Positions 63,912 through 64,000 of a stretch of DNA of 64,000 bases are shown piece by piece (within the stretch, counting starts at the first letter, position 1; each line of letters starts with the position of its first letter). The stretch spans positions 58,220,001 through 58,284,000 of the forward strand of contig NW_024704742.1 in assembly GCF_018977255.1 (NCBI RefSeq), written 5' to 3'. A model generated the notes under the pieces. It did not search any database, was not told the origin of the DNA, and worked only from the letters and a program-made list of their open reading frames with translations. The position numbers and the translations under genes were made by a program. The stretch is from Callorhinchus milii. Lineage: Eukaryota.

Positions 63912-64000
63912 CTGCATTAGATCTTGCTTCTCTTTCTCCCCAGAAGTAATAGCCTTTTTGATCGTTTTCAGCTCAGTCAAGATGGCTTTAGCCTCCTTTA
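63912..64000 (-). CDS. WWC2: WWC2 exon, truncated by the window edge
   Basis: [31 protein letters not shown]. Confidence 0.93.

Overview
This is vertebrate genomic DNA, probably from a cartilaginous fish and possibly a chimaera. That assignment is inferred from the tRNA-Deu-L2 SINEs, the shark-type CR1/L2/Penelope repeats and the protein divergence. The window carries the conserved WWC2-CDKN2AIP-ING2 block, all on the minus strand. It holds the last 18 coding exons of WWC2 (29396-64000, 5' end outside the window), the complete 4-exon CDKN2AIP/CARF CDS (12487-24236, 632 aa) and the complete 2-exon ING2 CDS (2529-4789, 264 aa). The last two coding exons of an unidentified WD40 gene lie on the plus strand (23-622). 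Two features are not shown by the ORF track. (1) An intact-looking RNase MRP RNA gene with a type-3 Pol III promoter lies about 500 bp upstream of the ING2 ATG. (2) A degraded foamy-virus-like (spumaretroviral) endogenous pol fragment (RT-connection-RNase H-integrase start) lies in CDKN2AIP intron 1, cut into five pieces by later CR1, SINE and Penelope insertions. CDKN2AIP also has an extra 75-bp exon that duplicates part of exon 2, a 9-aa coding tandem repeat, and a 34-bp VNTR just upstream of its ATG. Exon boundaries were read by eye from GT-AG sites and frame continuity. Homology calls rest on recalled reference sequences; no searches were run.
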